DNA of 62,757 nt, counting the filler, from Chiloscyllium plagiosum (Eukaryota), in the NCBI RefSeq assembly GCF_004010195.1. It is 8 parts of one record of this genome, joined end to end, with 100 filler letters (N's around TTAATTAATTAA, not from the genome) between each part and the next. Parts side by side here need not be neighbours in the genome. Positions count along the whole stretch, not along the records: positions 45,659 to 58,155 come from NC_057716.1; positions 58,256 to 62,757 come from NC_057716.1; 6 more parts are not named here. One strand, written 5' to 3'. The notes beneath the pieces were generated by a model, which did not search any database, was not told the origin of the DNA, and saw nothing but the letters and a program-made list of their open reading frames with translations. Positions 47,560 through 59,790 of this stretch are shown here, one piece after another. Made by a program: the position numbers and the translations under genes. Numbering within the stretch: position 1 is the first letter of the stretch; each line of letters begins with the position of its first letter.

Positions 47560-48330
47560 ATCCCATTTTTCAGTTCTGAGCCCCTGTCCCTGGAGACTGT
47601 GACAACACAAGTCAATATTTAAATACTGCTCCTGTCCCACCCCCCCACAGGCAGTCAGTCCCGGACTGCCCCCCACCTCGGGGTGAAAAACATCCTCCTC
47701 AACTCTCCTCTGAGCCTTCCATTAAATCCTGCCCCCTCCCCAATTATTGATCTCTCTTAAACTGGTAAATGTACCTTCCTACCCTCCCTGTCTCTGCCCC
47801 TCACAACAGTAAACCCCTCTTCAGGTCCCTTTCCCAACCTTCACTGCTCCAAGGAAAACAATCCCAGCCGATCCAATCCTTCCTCATATCTCAGAACCTC
47901 CATCCCAGGCAGCTTCCTGGTAGATCTCCTCCATATCCTCTCTAATACAATCACATCCTTCCTAATGGCGCGGAGACCAGAACTGAACACAATACCCCAG
48001 CAGTGGCCCAACAGTGTTTTATACAGTTCCAGCATGACCTCTTTACCCTTGTATTCACTGCCTAGGTTAATAAAGACAAATGTTCCACATACCTTCTTAA
48101 CCACTTTATCTAGCTACCTGACTATCTTCAGTGATCTGTGGATATTTATACAAGACCCCTCTGATCTTCAGCACTTCCCAGGGTCCTCCCATTCTCAGTG
48201 TAACCCCCTGAGCAGTTTGGCCTCTCTCAGTGCATTACCCCACACACTGCTGGGTGAATTCCATTGGCCATTGCTCTGCTCACTGACCAGTCCATTCACA
48301 TCCTCCCGCTCTCCTCCTCACTATTTTCCT
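47560..48330 (-). mobile_element. CR1 RT and 3' end (decayed)
   Basis: VKKVCGTFVFINLGSEYKGKEVMLELYKTL..LDRLGLFSLEQ. Confidence 0.85.
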
Positions 48331-48569
48331 GCCATCCATTACCTTGTTGATCATTCCCATGACATTCTTGGAGCTTTCCTGATGACTTGCTGTAGCTGCA
48401 GCTGAACCTTCTGTGAGTTATGCTCTCGGACACCACCCAGTAGCCAGCACTAGAGTGCTGCTTTGTTGCATTAGAGTGTAACTGGAGTATGGTGAAAGAG
48501 GGATGAACAGATGAGTCCCTCCTTTTCTCTCATTGGTGCGTATTTCTGCTCTTTAATATCCAAGTAAGA

Positions 48570-49210
48570 TTCTCTTAAGGTTAACATGCAGGTTCAGTTG
48601 GCAGTTAGGAATGCAAATGCAATGTTAGATTAATTTCAAGAAGTCTAGAATTAAGAGCAGGGATGTACTGCTGAGGCTGTATCAAGCTCTGGACAGACTG
48701 TATTTGGAATATTGTGAGCAGTTTTGGGCCCCGTATTTAAGGAAGGATGTGCTGGCGATGGAGAGGGTCCTGAGGAAGTTTACAGGAATGATCCCGGGGT
48801 TGTATGAGGAGTGGTTGAGGACTCTGGGTCTGAAACCCGATGGAGTTTAGATGATGGGGAGGAGGTATTCTAACAGAAATTTACAGAATACTGAGAGACC
48901 TGGACAGAGTGAACGTGGAGAAGATGTTTGCAATAGTAAGAGACTCTAGGATCCGAGGGCACAGCCTCAGAGGGAAGGGATGGTCCTTTAGATCAGAGAC
49001 AAAGAGGAAGTTCTTCAACTTGAGGGTGGACAATCTGTGGAACTCATTGCCAGGGAAGGCTGTGGAGACCAGAGCATTAAGATAGGTAGGTTCTTGATTG
49101 ATAAAGGGATCAAAGGTTATGAGGAGAAGGCAAGCGAAGCACACCAGCTCTGATTGAATGGTGGAGGAGGGACCTGACGGGCCAATTGGCCTTATTCTTC
49201 TCATTGTGCA
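48570..49210 (+). mobile_element. CR1 RT and 3' end
   Basis: ttggaatattgtgagcagttttgggccccg (LEYCEQFWAP); ctgtggaactcattgcc. Confidence 0.85.
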
Positions 49211-49329
49211 CCTCGGAGCTCTGGAATCACTTACATTTAGATAAAATGCTTCCTGAATTGATGTTTCATATTCCGACTTAGGGATAGCAAGCCAAATCAA
49301 ATTAGCCTCACTATCACTGGATTAGTAAC

Positions 49330-50150
49330 ATTGTGAATTTAAAACATTCAATGACCTTCAAAATTGTTCAATTGTCCCCAACCAGACATTTTCAATTAAC
49401 AGATCATGGACACCAAGTTTATAACTTACATATAAATTAACAATTTATTATTAAAAATGTAACTTTAGCAGAGCGTAGATAAACTACAATGCTATCTAAT
49501 TAATAACTATGACCTAAGCCCAAACTTCTTTGATCATAAACCCCACTCACGGACTGACTGACAGATTCTGTTAAGGGATAAATTTTAAAAAGACAATAAA
49601 AAGAATTGATGAATATCAGACCTTCATGAAATCCTTGGACAATGGGTACATAAGATTGTAAATCTGGCTTGAATTTCAAGGTCACCAGCCAATGCAGACA
49701 GCTTCCACAGACCTCTGGACACTTTAACTTATTTCTCACAGATCAGATTCCTTTCTCAGAAATTTCAACAAGTCGCTTGAGGGAGATTAACTGAAAAGAG
49801 CAAATCCACAAACACGGACGCTTTCGAAACAGAACCTGACTCAGAACTCTTTGTCCTCTCTTTTCTTTCAACATTCTCTGTGATTGGCTGGCCAGAGTCT
49901 GTCCTCCCTTGTTTAACCAATTCAACATCCAACCAGCTGCCAGTCCCTGAATGTAGCAACATCTATAGAGCAGTAGTTAACCAGCATTACCTTTCCAGGC
50001 CAGTTCCCAACAGCAAACCCCTGTCTTTTTGTTCCCTCCTCTCTATTTTAAATCAAGGCGCTCTTCAAAGTTCAAATTCTCAATTTCAACTCACAGCTCC
50101 AAACCAAAACTGAGGAAAGAAACTTGCTGATGGTGTCAACTTACACATTT
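49330..50150 (-). mobile_element. Possible solo LTR
   Basis: AT-rich unique block with rc AATAAA near the left end and a TATA-like tract near the right end; termini not resolved. Confidence 0.3.
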
Positions 50151-50194
50151 TCCCACGTTACTCTCTATTGGCCACATCATTGAGAACACAGATC

Positions 50195-50495
50195 CACGTG
50201 GGCTCAGTGGTTGGCACTGCTGCCTCACAGTACCAGGGACCCAGGCTGGATTCCAGTCTGTGTGGAGTTTGCACATTCTCCCCGTGTCTGCGTGGGTTTC
50301 CTCTGGGTGCTCCGGTTTCCTCCCACAGTCTAAAGATGTGCAGATTAGGGAGGATTGACCATGCTAAATTGCCCGCAGTTTTCAGGAATGTGTAGGTTAG
50401 GTGCATTAGTCAGGGGTAAGTATAGGATAACAAGTCAGGGGAATGGATTTGAGGGTCGGTCTGGATTTGTTTCCACACTGTAAGGATTCTATGAA
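50195..50495 (+). mobile_element. HE1-type V-SINE
   Basis: ggctcagtggttggcactgctgcctcacag..gtttcctcccacagtctaaagatgtg. Confidence 0.85.
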
Positions 50496-51259
50496 ACTAT
50501 GTAGCTTCCTCTTGTCCTCTTCGCAATTCACTTTCCAGCCTGTCTTTGTGTCATCAGGAAATTTAGCTCCATACCTTCAATCCTTCACCCCAATAATTTC
50601 CATAAATTGTAAGATTTCAGACCCAGCACTGACCCCTGGGGCACACCACTTATGACATCCTGCCAATCTGAATAAGGCTGGTTTACTCTGCTTCCTCTTA
50701 GCCCAGCCAATCTTCTCTCCATGCCAATACATTACCCCCACACCATTTCCTACAGTCACCTTTGATGTCATGAATATATTCACTGGATTCCCTTTGCCAA
50801 CAGTCCATGTGGTTTCTGTAGTGCATACTCCAGACTAGAGGAACATGGTCAGTGAGAGGATCCAGTCAATATGGCAAAGCAAGATTATTACAAGGAGGTA
50901 GGGTCCTCATGGGCCAGCCTAATCTCATTGGAGACAGATAACTGCAGGTAGTTTAACCACAGGCAAGGGGAGAGGGTCCAAAGGAGACTCAAGACAATAG
51001 TGTATTGACAGTGGTTAAAGAAGTAGGGAGAAAATAAAAATGCCTGAGGGATTTGAGAATTAATGAGAAATTGAAAAAATTAAGTCAACCTTTCAGTAAT
51101 CAGATCGGATAACACAGAGGTGTTTAACATGTACAATGTAATATTATCCTTTATTGCAAAAAACTATCAACTTAATTTACAAACAGACACATCATTGATT
51201 TGCATCAATACGCCAGGAACAACACACCTGACCATTTATGATGCAACAGCATAAACTTA

Positions 51260-51785
51260 CCATAGAGTCATAAAGGCCCTTCAGCCCACCGTGTCTGTAC
51301 TGTCCCACACACACCAGACTAACACCAATCCCTGGTGTTTTAAGTGCTTATCCAGATGTTTTGTCAATGTTGAGAGTATGTGCCTCCACCACCCTCTCAG
51401 GCAGCACCTTCCATATCTCCACCACCCTCTGGGGAAAAATCCTTAACTCAAACCCCCTCTAAGCCATTCACTCCTCATTGTAAATGTATACTCTCTGCCA
51501 TAGGGAACAGATTCTCACAATCTACCCCATCTGTGCCTCTCAGAATTGTGTCTCCCTCAATCAGATCCCCCCCCCTCAACCTCCTCCTCTGTTCCAGGGA
51601 AAACAGTCCCAGCCTATACGGTCTTTACTCATCATTGAGTCTTTCCATCCCAGATAACATCTCGGAGAATCTCCTCTGCACCCTCTCCAGTGCAGTCACA
51701 TCCTTCCAAGAATCTGATGACCAATCAGGGAGCTGCATTACTGTACGCAGTATCCCACCTGTGGCCTAACCAATGTTTTATAAAA
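51260..51785 (-). mobile_element. CR1 3' end (decayed)
   Basis: tail catagagtcataaaggcccttcagccc; ctcctctgcaccctctccagtg (rc LERVQRR). Confidence 0.75.
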
Positions 51786-51885
51786 AGTTGAAACTTTATT
51801 GCTGGAACAGCACAGCAGGTCAGGCAGCATCCAGGGAACAGGAGATTCGACGTTTCGGGCACAGGCCCTTCTTCAGGAATGAGAA
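51786..51885 (-). mobile_element. PLE pLTR end (family A variant)
   Basis: Matches 53510-53610 in inverted orientation. Confidence 0.8.
51845..51880 (-). ncRNA. Minimal type-I hammerhead ribozyme motif, best-preserved copy
   Basis: rc attc CTGAAGA a gggc ctgt gccc GAAA c GTC gaat: perfect stem I (attc/gaat), stem II (gggc/gccc), GUC cleavage triplet. Confidence 0.8.
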
Positions 51886-51894
51886 GAACAGAAA

Positions 51895-52345
51895 CAGAAT
51901 CCCCAAGTGGAAAATGAAGTGTTGTTCTTTGAACTTGCGTTAAGGAACACTGCAACAGATCTGGGACAGAAATGTTGGTGTAGGAACACAGTGGTGTGTT
52001 GAAGTGGAGGCAGTGGGAAACTCTGGGTCATGTTTTACAGACAGAGTGTAGGTGTTCAGCAAAGCGGTCATCAAATCTGTGTTTCATCTCCCCCGATATA
52101 CAGGAGACCACATTCTGAGCAGTGAATGAAATAAATGAGTTGAGAGAAGTGCAGGTAAGCTGCTGCTTCACCTGGAAGGTGTGCCTGAGGCCTTGGATAC
52201 TGAGGTTGGAGGAAGTAAATCGGCAAGTAAGTCACCTTGTGCAAGACCAACCCCTTCCCACAAACGTCACTTCAATATATTACCACCTTTCCTGAGCTGT
52301 TAACAGTTCTGATGAAGAATCGCCAGACTCGAAATATTATCTTGC
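51895..52345. mobile_element. Older PLE: GIY-YIG remnant (minus) plus an opposite-strand hammerhead remnant
   Basis: Minus: QQLTCTS..IYFIHCSECGLLYIGEMKHRFDDRFAEHLHSV; plus CTGATGA(52309)agaatcgccagactcGAAA. Confidence 0.7.
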
Positions 52346-52351
52346 TTTCAA

Positions 52352-52920
52352 AGAACACAGAACATTACAGCACAGTCCAGGCTCTCTGACCCTCAATGTT
52401 GTGCTGACCTGTGAAACCAGCCTGAAGCTGAACTAACCTGCATTGTTGCATTATCATCCATATGTTTATCCAATGGCCATTTAAAAAGACATTAAAGTCG
52501 GTGAGTCTACTACAGTTGCAGGCAGGGAGTTTCACGCCATTACTACTCTCTGAGTAAAGAAACTACCCCTCTGACATCTGTCCTATATCTATCACCGCTC
52601 AATTTAAAGCTATGTCCTCTCATGCTAGCCATCACTATCCGAGGAAAACGTCTCTCTCTGCTAACACTATCTAATCCTCTGATCATCTTTCACATCTCTA
52701 TTAAGTCACCTCTCAACCTCTTCCTTCTAACGAAAACAGCCTCAGGTCACTCAGTCTTTCCTCAGAAGACCTTCCTTCCATACCAGACAATATCCTCATA
52801 AATCTCCTCTGCATCTTTTCCAAAACTTACACATCCTTCCTATAATGTGGTAACCAGAACTGTACGCAATACTCCAAGTGCGGCCACACCATAGTTTCCT
52901 ACAGCTGCAACATAACCCCA
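52352..52920 (-). mobile_element. CR1 3' end
   Basis: Homologous to 9400-10010. Confidence 0.9.
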
Positions 52921-53125
52921 TGGTTTGGGTTTCCTCCAGGTGCTCTGGTTTCCTCCCACAGTCCAAAGATGTGCAGGTCAGGTGAATTGGCCGTGCTAAA
53001 TTGCCCATAGTGTTAGGTGCATTAGTCAGAGGGAAATGGGTCTGGGTGGGTTACTCTTCGGAGGGTTGGTGTGGGCTTGTTGGGCTGAAGGACCTGTTTC
53101 CACACTGTAGGGGATTTAATCTAAT
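52921..53125 (+). mobile_element. 5'-truncated HE1-type V-SINE
   Basis: gtttcctcccacagtccaaagatgtgcagg..ctgtttccacactgtagg. Confidence 0.85.
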
Positions 53126-53509
53126 CTGTGTGTGTGTGGTGGGGGTGGGCTTGGGGGAGGAGGAGAGGTGATCACCACATGAAATAAGGTTACTGACTGT
53201 TATGGGCACAATGGCCTGATATTCCATTGTGAGGAAGACTTTTTTAACATAAAAGTTTCATTACATTTATTGAATTTATTTACTTATGCTATCCTTCAAT
53301 TTTTCTAAATTATTATCTTTAACTTATTTTTTCCAGCGGCTTGCTTCCAAACTCAGAAAATGGTGAAGCAATAACTGTCTAATCAGTAACATCACCCCAC
53401 CTTCCCCACTGGTCTGCCTCGCAACTTTTCAATGTTGTGGTGAACTCATGCTTCTGTACATTGAAGGTGAGGACAAGGGGAACCCTAACTAACTCCCACA
53501 GTTACCTTC

Positions 53510-53645
53510 TTTCCTGAAGAAGGGCATGTGCATGTGCCCGAAATGTCGAATCTCCTGTTCCCTAGATGCTGCCTGACCTGCTGTGCTGTTCCAGCAATAA
53601 AGTTTCAGCTTTGATCTCCAGCGTCTGCAGACCTCACTTTCTCCC
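53510..53645 (+). mobile_element. Single-arm PLE 3' end with hammerhead
   Basis: ttcCTGAAGA(53514)agggcatgtgcatgtgcccGAAAtGTCgaa; full tail. Confidence 0.8.
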
Positions 53646-53669
53646 CTTTATAAAAAGTTGTAAAAGTTA

Positions 53670-53880
53670 TAAAGTTGGAACAAGACTTCCTTGCTCCTAT
53701 ATTCTATGCCCCAGCTATTGAAGGCCAGCGTGCCATTTGCCTTCCTCCCCATCCCACCTACCTGTGCTGACACCTTCAGGGATCGATGGACATGTACACT
53801 TTGTTCCTCATTGCTTCCTAAGGACCTCCTATTTACTGTGTACATCCTTCCCTTATTAGACCTTCCAAACTGCATCACCC
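53670..53880 (-). mobile_element. CR1 RT fragment
   Basis: VMQFGRSNKGRMYTVN..VHVHRSLKV..LAFNSWGIEYRSKEV. Confidence 0.8.
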
Positions 53881-55160
53881 AACATGGTGGCTTGTTGGTT
53901 AGCACTGCTGTCTCACAATGCTGGGGATCCAGGTTCACTCTCACCCTTGGGCAGCTGGCTGTGTGGAGCCACCTCTGGGTGCTCCCGTTTCCTCCCACAG
54001 TACGAAGGTGATGTGGAGGGACTGGGGTGGACTAAGTCAGAGTCATGTGACACCAGGTTATGGTCCAACAGGTTTATTAGCAATCACAAGCTTTCAGAGT
54101 GTAGCTTCTTCATTGGGTGGAGTGAGAGAGAAGAATGCAGGCACAGTGTTTATTTGATGTGGAGGAACCGGTGTTTATTTGGACCTGTTGGACTATAACC
54201 TGTTGGAATGTGATTTTTAACAGAATTTATAGTTAAAGAGAGCAAAAGCAGCGAGATCAAAAGATCATACAAATGGTGTGAGTGTAGTGTTAGATAATCA
54301 GTCTCTGCAGGTAACCAGGAGTGTCAGACAGTGTGAGTACAGAACAGTGGGCTCACAGGAACCCATTCAGGTCAATGTCCTCCAAGGCAGCCTTCGAGAT
54401 ACCAACAACAGAGTCGCTGAGCAGAAACTGATAGTCAAGTTCCAAACTCATGGAGACAGCCTCAACCATGACCTTGGGTTCATGCCACACTACATGTAAC
54501 CCCACCGTACTGTCCTGTATCTGTAAGATCTTCCTAACTGTCCTGTTTTGACACCATCACCTTGATAACTTGTTAAGACCTCTCTACCTGAATTAGTCTG
54601 GACAGTTTTGGATTACTTGTTTCTTTGGTTAGACCCTCGGCATGTGACCCTTATACTTAGCATGTTATTCCAGTTGTTCGGTTCGTCTCCAGCACTGCCT
54701 TATTTTTAAGTTTTTGTAATTATCTCTCTGCTTCATTTAATCAGATTATAGACTATCCCTTCACTTGCTAATCAGCTGTTGACACTTCACTCTCACTGTC
54801 TGACACCCCTGATCACCTGCAAAGGCTTATTCTCTGACCCTGCACTCACACCATTGTGGGATCTCTCTGCCCTTGTTTCCTCTGCCTATAAACCCTTGGT
54901 CTGTGTGCTGTTCTCTCTAACTGCACCTGATGAAGGGGCCGCACTCCAAAAGCTTGTAATTTCAAATAAACCTATTGGACTATAACCTGGTGTCATGTGA
55001 CTTCTGACGTAGTCCAGACATGTGCAGGTGAGGTGGGTTAGTCTTGGGAAATGCAGGGTTCCAGGGATGGGGTAGGTCTTGATATGTTGCTCTTTAGAGG
55101 GTCAGTCTGAACTCGATGGGCTGAATGGCCTGCTTCCATACTGTAGGGATTCTACGATTC
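53881..55160 (+). mobile_element. HE1-type SINE split by a PLE insertion (54010-55010)
   Basis: 5' half ends tttcctcccacagtacgaag; 3' half resumes agtccagacatgtgcagg and ends in tail cctgcttccatactgtagggattcta. Confidence 0.75.
54010..55010. mobile_element. Third PLE family (C) with inverted pLTRs and endonuclease C-terminus
   Basis: 54035-54130 inverted relative to 54912-55008; VLQGSLRDTNNRVAEQKLIVKFQTHGDSLNHDLGFMPHYM*; cacCTGATGA(54927)aggggccgcactccAAAAgCTTgta. Confidence 0.8.
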
Positions 55161-55164
55161 TAAC

Positions 55165-55465
55165 ACTAATCAGGATTAATTCAATCTGCCTTTGCTCTGC
55201 CCAGTGTACCGGCTGATCAATATCAAACTGTAGGCTGAGACCATTCTCCTCGCTACCAATAACATCACTAATTTTCATGTCATCTGCAAACTTACTAATT
55301 ATACCTTCTATATTCACAACCAAGTCGTTAATGTACTTAAGAAACAGCAAGGGTCCCAGCACCGATCCACGTGGTACACCGTTGGTCACAGGCTTCCAAT
55401 TGTGGATTCACTTTTGCCAAATTGCCTTGGATCCTGCAGGTTGCTATTTTTTGACTAGCCTTCCA
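55165..55465 (-). mobile_element. CR1 RT core fragment
   Basis: GVPRGSVLGPLLFLKYINDL..ISKFADD. Confidence 0.9.
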
Positions 55466-57560
55466 TAGAAAATAGAACATTCCAGCGCAGTACAGGCCCT
55501 TCAGCCCTTGATGTTGCGCCAACCTTTGAAACCAATCTGAAGCCCATCTATCCTACACTATTCCATTATCATCCATATCCGCATTAAACTCCATATACCA
55601 CCTCTCAGACCAGCTCTGCAGCTTATCTATGTCCCTCTGTAACCTGCAACATCCTCCAGCACTATCCACAACTCCACCAACCTTAGTGTCATCTGCATAT
55701 TTAATAACCCATCCTTCTACTCCCTCATCCAGGTCATTTATAAAAATGGCAAACAGCAGTGGCCCCAAAACAGATCCTTGCAGTACACCACTAGTAACTG
55801 AACTCCAAGATGAACATTTCGCATCAACCACCACCCTCTGTCTTCTTTCAGCTAGCCAATTTCTGACCCAAACTGCTAAGTCACCCTCAATCCCATGCCT
55901 CTGTATTTTGTACCATAGCCTACCGTGGGGAACCTTATCAAACACCTTACTGAAGTCCAAATACACCACATCAACCGCTTTACCCTCATCCACCTGTTTG
56001 ATCACCACCTCAAAGAACTCAATAAGGTTTGTGAGGCACGACCTACCCTTCACAAAACCGTGCTGACTACCCCAATCCAATTATTATTTTCTAGATGATT
56101 ATAATTCCTATCTCTTATAACCTTTTCCAACACTTTACCCACAACTGAAGTAAGGCTCACTGTCTATAATTACCAGGGTTGTCTCTACTCCCTTTTTTGA
56201 ACAGGGGAACCACATTTGCTATCCTCCTGTCCTCAGGCACTACTCCTGTAGACAATGATGACATAAAGATCAAAGCCAAAGGCTCGGCAATCTCCTCCTT
56301 GGCTTCCCAGAGAATCTGAGGATAAATCCCATCCAGCCCAGGGGACTCATCTATTTTTTCACTTTCCAAAATTGCTAACACCTCCTCCTTATGGACCCCA
56401 ATCTCATCTAGTCTAGTGGCCTGTATCTCAGTATTCTCTCCGACAACATTTTCCTTTTCCTGTGTGAATACAGACGAAAAATATTCATTTAGCGCCCCTC
56501 CTACCTCCCCAGACTCCACACACAACTTCCCCCACTGTCATTGATTGGTCCTAATCTTTCTCTAGTTTTTAGATCAGAATGGTGCTGAAAAACACAGCAG
56601 GTCAGGCAGCGTCCGAGGAGCAGCAAAAATCGACACTTCGGGCAAAAGCCTTTCATCAGGAATAGAGGCAGGAAGCCTCCAGGGTGGAGAGATAAATGGG
56701 GGGGGTGGGGCTGGGGAGAAGGTAGCAAAGTGTACAATGTGTGGAGCCCAGGACCTCCATGTCCTCGGCAGAGTGGGAGAAGGAGTTGAAATGTTGGGTC
56801 ACAGGGCGGTGAGGTTGATTGGTGCGAGTGTACCAGAGATGTTCCCTAAAGCGCTCTGCTAGGAGGCACCCAGTCTCCCCAATGTAGAGGAGACCGTATC
56901 GGGAGCAACGGATACAATAAATGATATTGGTGGATGTGCAGGTAAAACTTTGGATGTGGAAGGCTCCTTTAGGGCCTTAGATGGTGGGGGGAGGGGAAAT
57001 GAGGAAACTGGTGAATTCCACATTCCCCTCCCCCACCTTACCCCAGTTCCAACATTCCAGCTCAGCACCTTCCTCATGACTTGTCCTACCTGTCAATCTC
57101 CCTTCTCACCTATCCACTCCACCCTCCTCTCTGACCTATCACCTCCATCCCCACCCTCATTCACCTATTGTACTCTTTGCTACCTTCTCCCTAGCCCCAC
57201 CCCCCCATTTATATCTCCACCCTGGAGGCTTCCTGCCTCTATTCCTGATGAAGGGCTTTTGCCCGAAACGTCGATTTTCCTGCTCCTCGGGTGCTGCCTG
57301 ACCTGCTGTGCTTTTGCAGCACCACTCTGATCTAGACTCTGGTTTCCAGCATCTGCAGTCCTCACTTTTGCTTAATCTTTCTCTAGTCATTCGTTTCTCC
57401 CTGATATACCTCGAGAAAGCTTCAGGGTTTTCCTTGATCCTACCTACCAGTGACTTCTCGTGTCCCCTCCTGGCTCTTCTTAGCTCTCTCTTTAGGTCTT
57501 TCCTGACTTACCTGTAACTCTCAAGTGCCCTAACTGAGCCTTCACCTCTCATCCTAACAT
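55466..57560 (-). mobile_element. CR1 ORF2 RT with internal deletion, interrupted by a PLE at 56567-57372
   Basis: SPGLDGIYPQIL..NVVPLFKKGSRDNPGNYR; QHGFVKGRSCLTNLIEFFE..DFSKVFDKVPH..QGSVLGPLLF..YADD. Confidence 0.95.
56567..57372. mobile_element. Neptune-like PLE with inverted pLTRs, GIY-YIG remnant and exact 15-bp TSD
   Basis: TSD taatctttctctagt at 56552-56566 and 57373-57387; minus 56740-56985 homologous to 15385-15625; intact hammerhead core CTGATGA 57245, GAAACGTC 57265-57272. Confidence 0.9.
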
Positions 57561-57599
57561 AAAGTTAAAAATCACACAACACCAGGTTATAGTCCAAGC

Positions 57600-58155
57600 A
57601 CTATGGGAGAAGGAGTCATATTTTTGGATCATTGGAATCTCCTGTGGGGTAGAACTGACCTGTACAAGAAGGATGGATTACATCTAAATTGGAAGGTGAT
57701 CAATATACTGGAAGGGAGATTTGCTAGAGCTGGTTGGGAGGATTTAAACTAGTAAGATGGGGGGGTTGGGGGGGTGGGGGTGGGACCCAGGGAGACAGTG
57801 AAAAAGAGATCCGATCTGAGATGGGTACAGCTGAGAACAGAAGTGAGTCAAACAGTCAGGGCAGGCAGGGACAAGGTAGGACTAATAAATTAAACTGCAT
57901 TTATTTCAATGCAAGAGGCCTAACAGGGAAGGCAGATGAACTCAGGGCATGGTTAGGAACATGGGACTGGGATATCATAGCAATTACAGAAACATGGCTC
58001 AGGGATGGGCAGGACTGGCAGCTTAATGTTCCAGGATACAAATGCTACAGGAAGGATAGAAAGGGAGGCAAGAGAGGAGGGGGAGTGGCATTTTTGATAA
58101 GGGATAGCATTACAGCTGTGCTGAGGGAGGATATTCCCAGAAATACATCCAGGGA
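57600..58155 (+). mobile_element. CR1 ORF1 esterase C-terminus and ORF2 APE endonuclease start
   Basis: FLDHWNLLWGRTDLYKKDGLHLN (SGNH DxxH); CIYFNARGLTGKADEL..DIIAITETW..RKDR..GGGVAFLI. Confidence 0.9.
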
Positions 58156-58255
58156 NNNNNNNNNNNNNNNNNNNNNNNNNNNNNNNNNNNNNNNNNNNNT
58201 TAATTAATTAANNNNNNNNNNNNNNNNNNNNNNNNNNNNNNNNNNNNNNNNNNNN

Positions 58256-58585
58256 ACACTGCACAAACACCGCCCTGTCCAATCTACTTGATCTAAACAG
58301 TTTCCAATCAATATTTGGGAAGTTGAAATCGCCCTGACTACTACCCTGTGGCTTCTGCAGCTTTCCAAAATCTGTTTCCCAATCTGTTTCTCTTTTCCAG
58401 CAACACATTTTCAGGCCTATAGTAAACACCCAACAAGGTGACTGCACCTTTCCTATTTCTGACTTCAGCCCATACTACCTCCAAAGGCAGATCCCCCTCG
58501 AACTGCCTTTCTGCAGCCGTTATACCATTTCTAATTAGCAACGCTGCCCCCCTCCTTTTTTACCACCCTCCCTAATCTTACTGCT
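58256..58585 (-). mobile_element. CR1 APE endonuclease fragment
   Basis: EVVWAEVRNRKGAVTLLGVYYRP; GDFNFPNIDW. Confidence 0.85.
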
Positions 58586-59520
58586 GTTTGTTATTTTTAT
58601 AAATGACCTGGATGAGGGCGTAGAAGAATGGGTTAGTAAATTTGCGAATGACAGTAAGGTTGGTGGAGTTGTGGGTAGTGCCAAAGGATGTTGCAGGTTA
58701 CGGAGGGACACATAAGCTGCAGAGCTGGGCTGAGAGGTGGAAAATGGATTTTAATGTGGAAAAGTGTGAGGGTATTCACTTTGAAAGGAGCAACAGGAAT
58801 AATGAGTACTGGGCTAATGATAAGAATTTTGGTCGTGTGGATAAGCAGAGAGATCTCGTCGATGTACATAGATCCCTGAAAGTTGTCACCCAGATTGATA
58901 GGGTTGTTAAGAAGGCATACGGTGTGTTTGCTTTCATTGGTAGAGGGATTGAGTTTTGGAACCATGAGGTCATGCTGCAGCTGTACAAAACTCTGGTGCG
59001 GCCGCACTTGGAGTATTGCGAGCAGTTCTGGTCACCACCTTATGGGAAGGATGTGGAAGCTTTGGAAAGGGTTCAGAGAATATTTACTAGGATGTTGCCT
59101 GGTATGGAGGGAAGGTCTTACGAGGAAAGGCTGAGGGACTTGAGGCTGTTTTCATTGCAGAGAAGAAGGTTGAGAAGCGACTTAATTGAGACATAAAAGA
59201 TAATCACAGAGTTAGATAGGATGGACAGTGAGAATCTTTTTCCTTGGATGGTGATGGCTAGCACGAGGGGACATAGCTTTAAATTGGTAGATATAGGACA
59301 GATATCAGAAGTAGTTTCTTTACTCTGAGAGTAAGAGTGTTGTGGAATGCCCTGTCTTTAATAGCAGTAGACCCGCCAACTTGAAGGGCATTTAAATGGT
59401 CATTGGATAGATATATGGATAAAAATGGAATATTGTAGGATGGTTAAGCTTCGGATTGGTACCACAGGTCGTGCAACATCAAGGGCCAAAGGGCCTGTAC
59501 TGTGCTGTAATGTTTTACAT
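58586..59520 (+). mobile_element. CR1 RT C-terminus and 3' end
   Basis: ORF 58642..59196: WAERWKMDFNVEKC..LYKTLVRPHLEYCEQFWSP..SYEERLRDLRLFSL. Confidence 0.95.
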
Positions 59521-59790
59521 AGGTCTAAGGTGAGAGGGAAGAGATACAAAAGGGTGCAGGGGCCAGTGTTGTTTCACAGAGATGATGGTGAGTGGAACGG
59601 GCTGCCAGAAGTCATAGTGGAGGCAAGTACAATTTTGTCATTTAAGAAACATTTGGACAGATGCACAGATAGGATATGGACCAAACACAGGCAAATGGGA
59701 CCTGATTAATTGTGAAATCTTAGCAATATGGACATTGGGCCAAAGAGCCTGTTTCCATGCTGTAAATCTCTATGTCTGTGACTCTATGAC
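59520..59790 (+). mobile_element. CR1 3' end
   Basis: EWNGLPEVIVEASTILSFKKHLDR; tail tgactctatgac. Confidence 0.75.
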
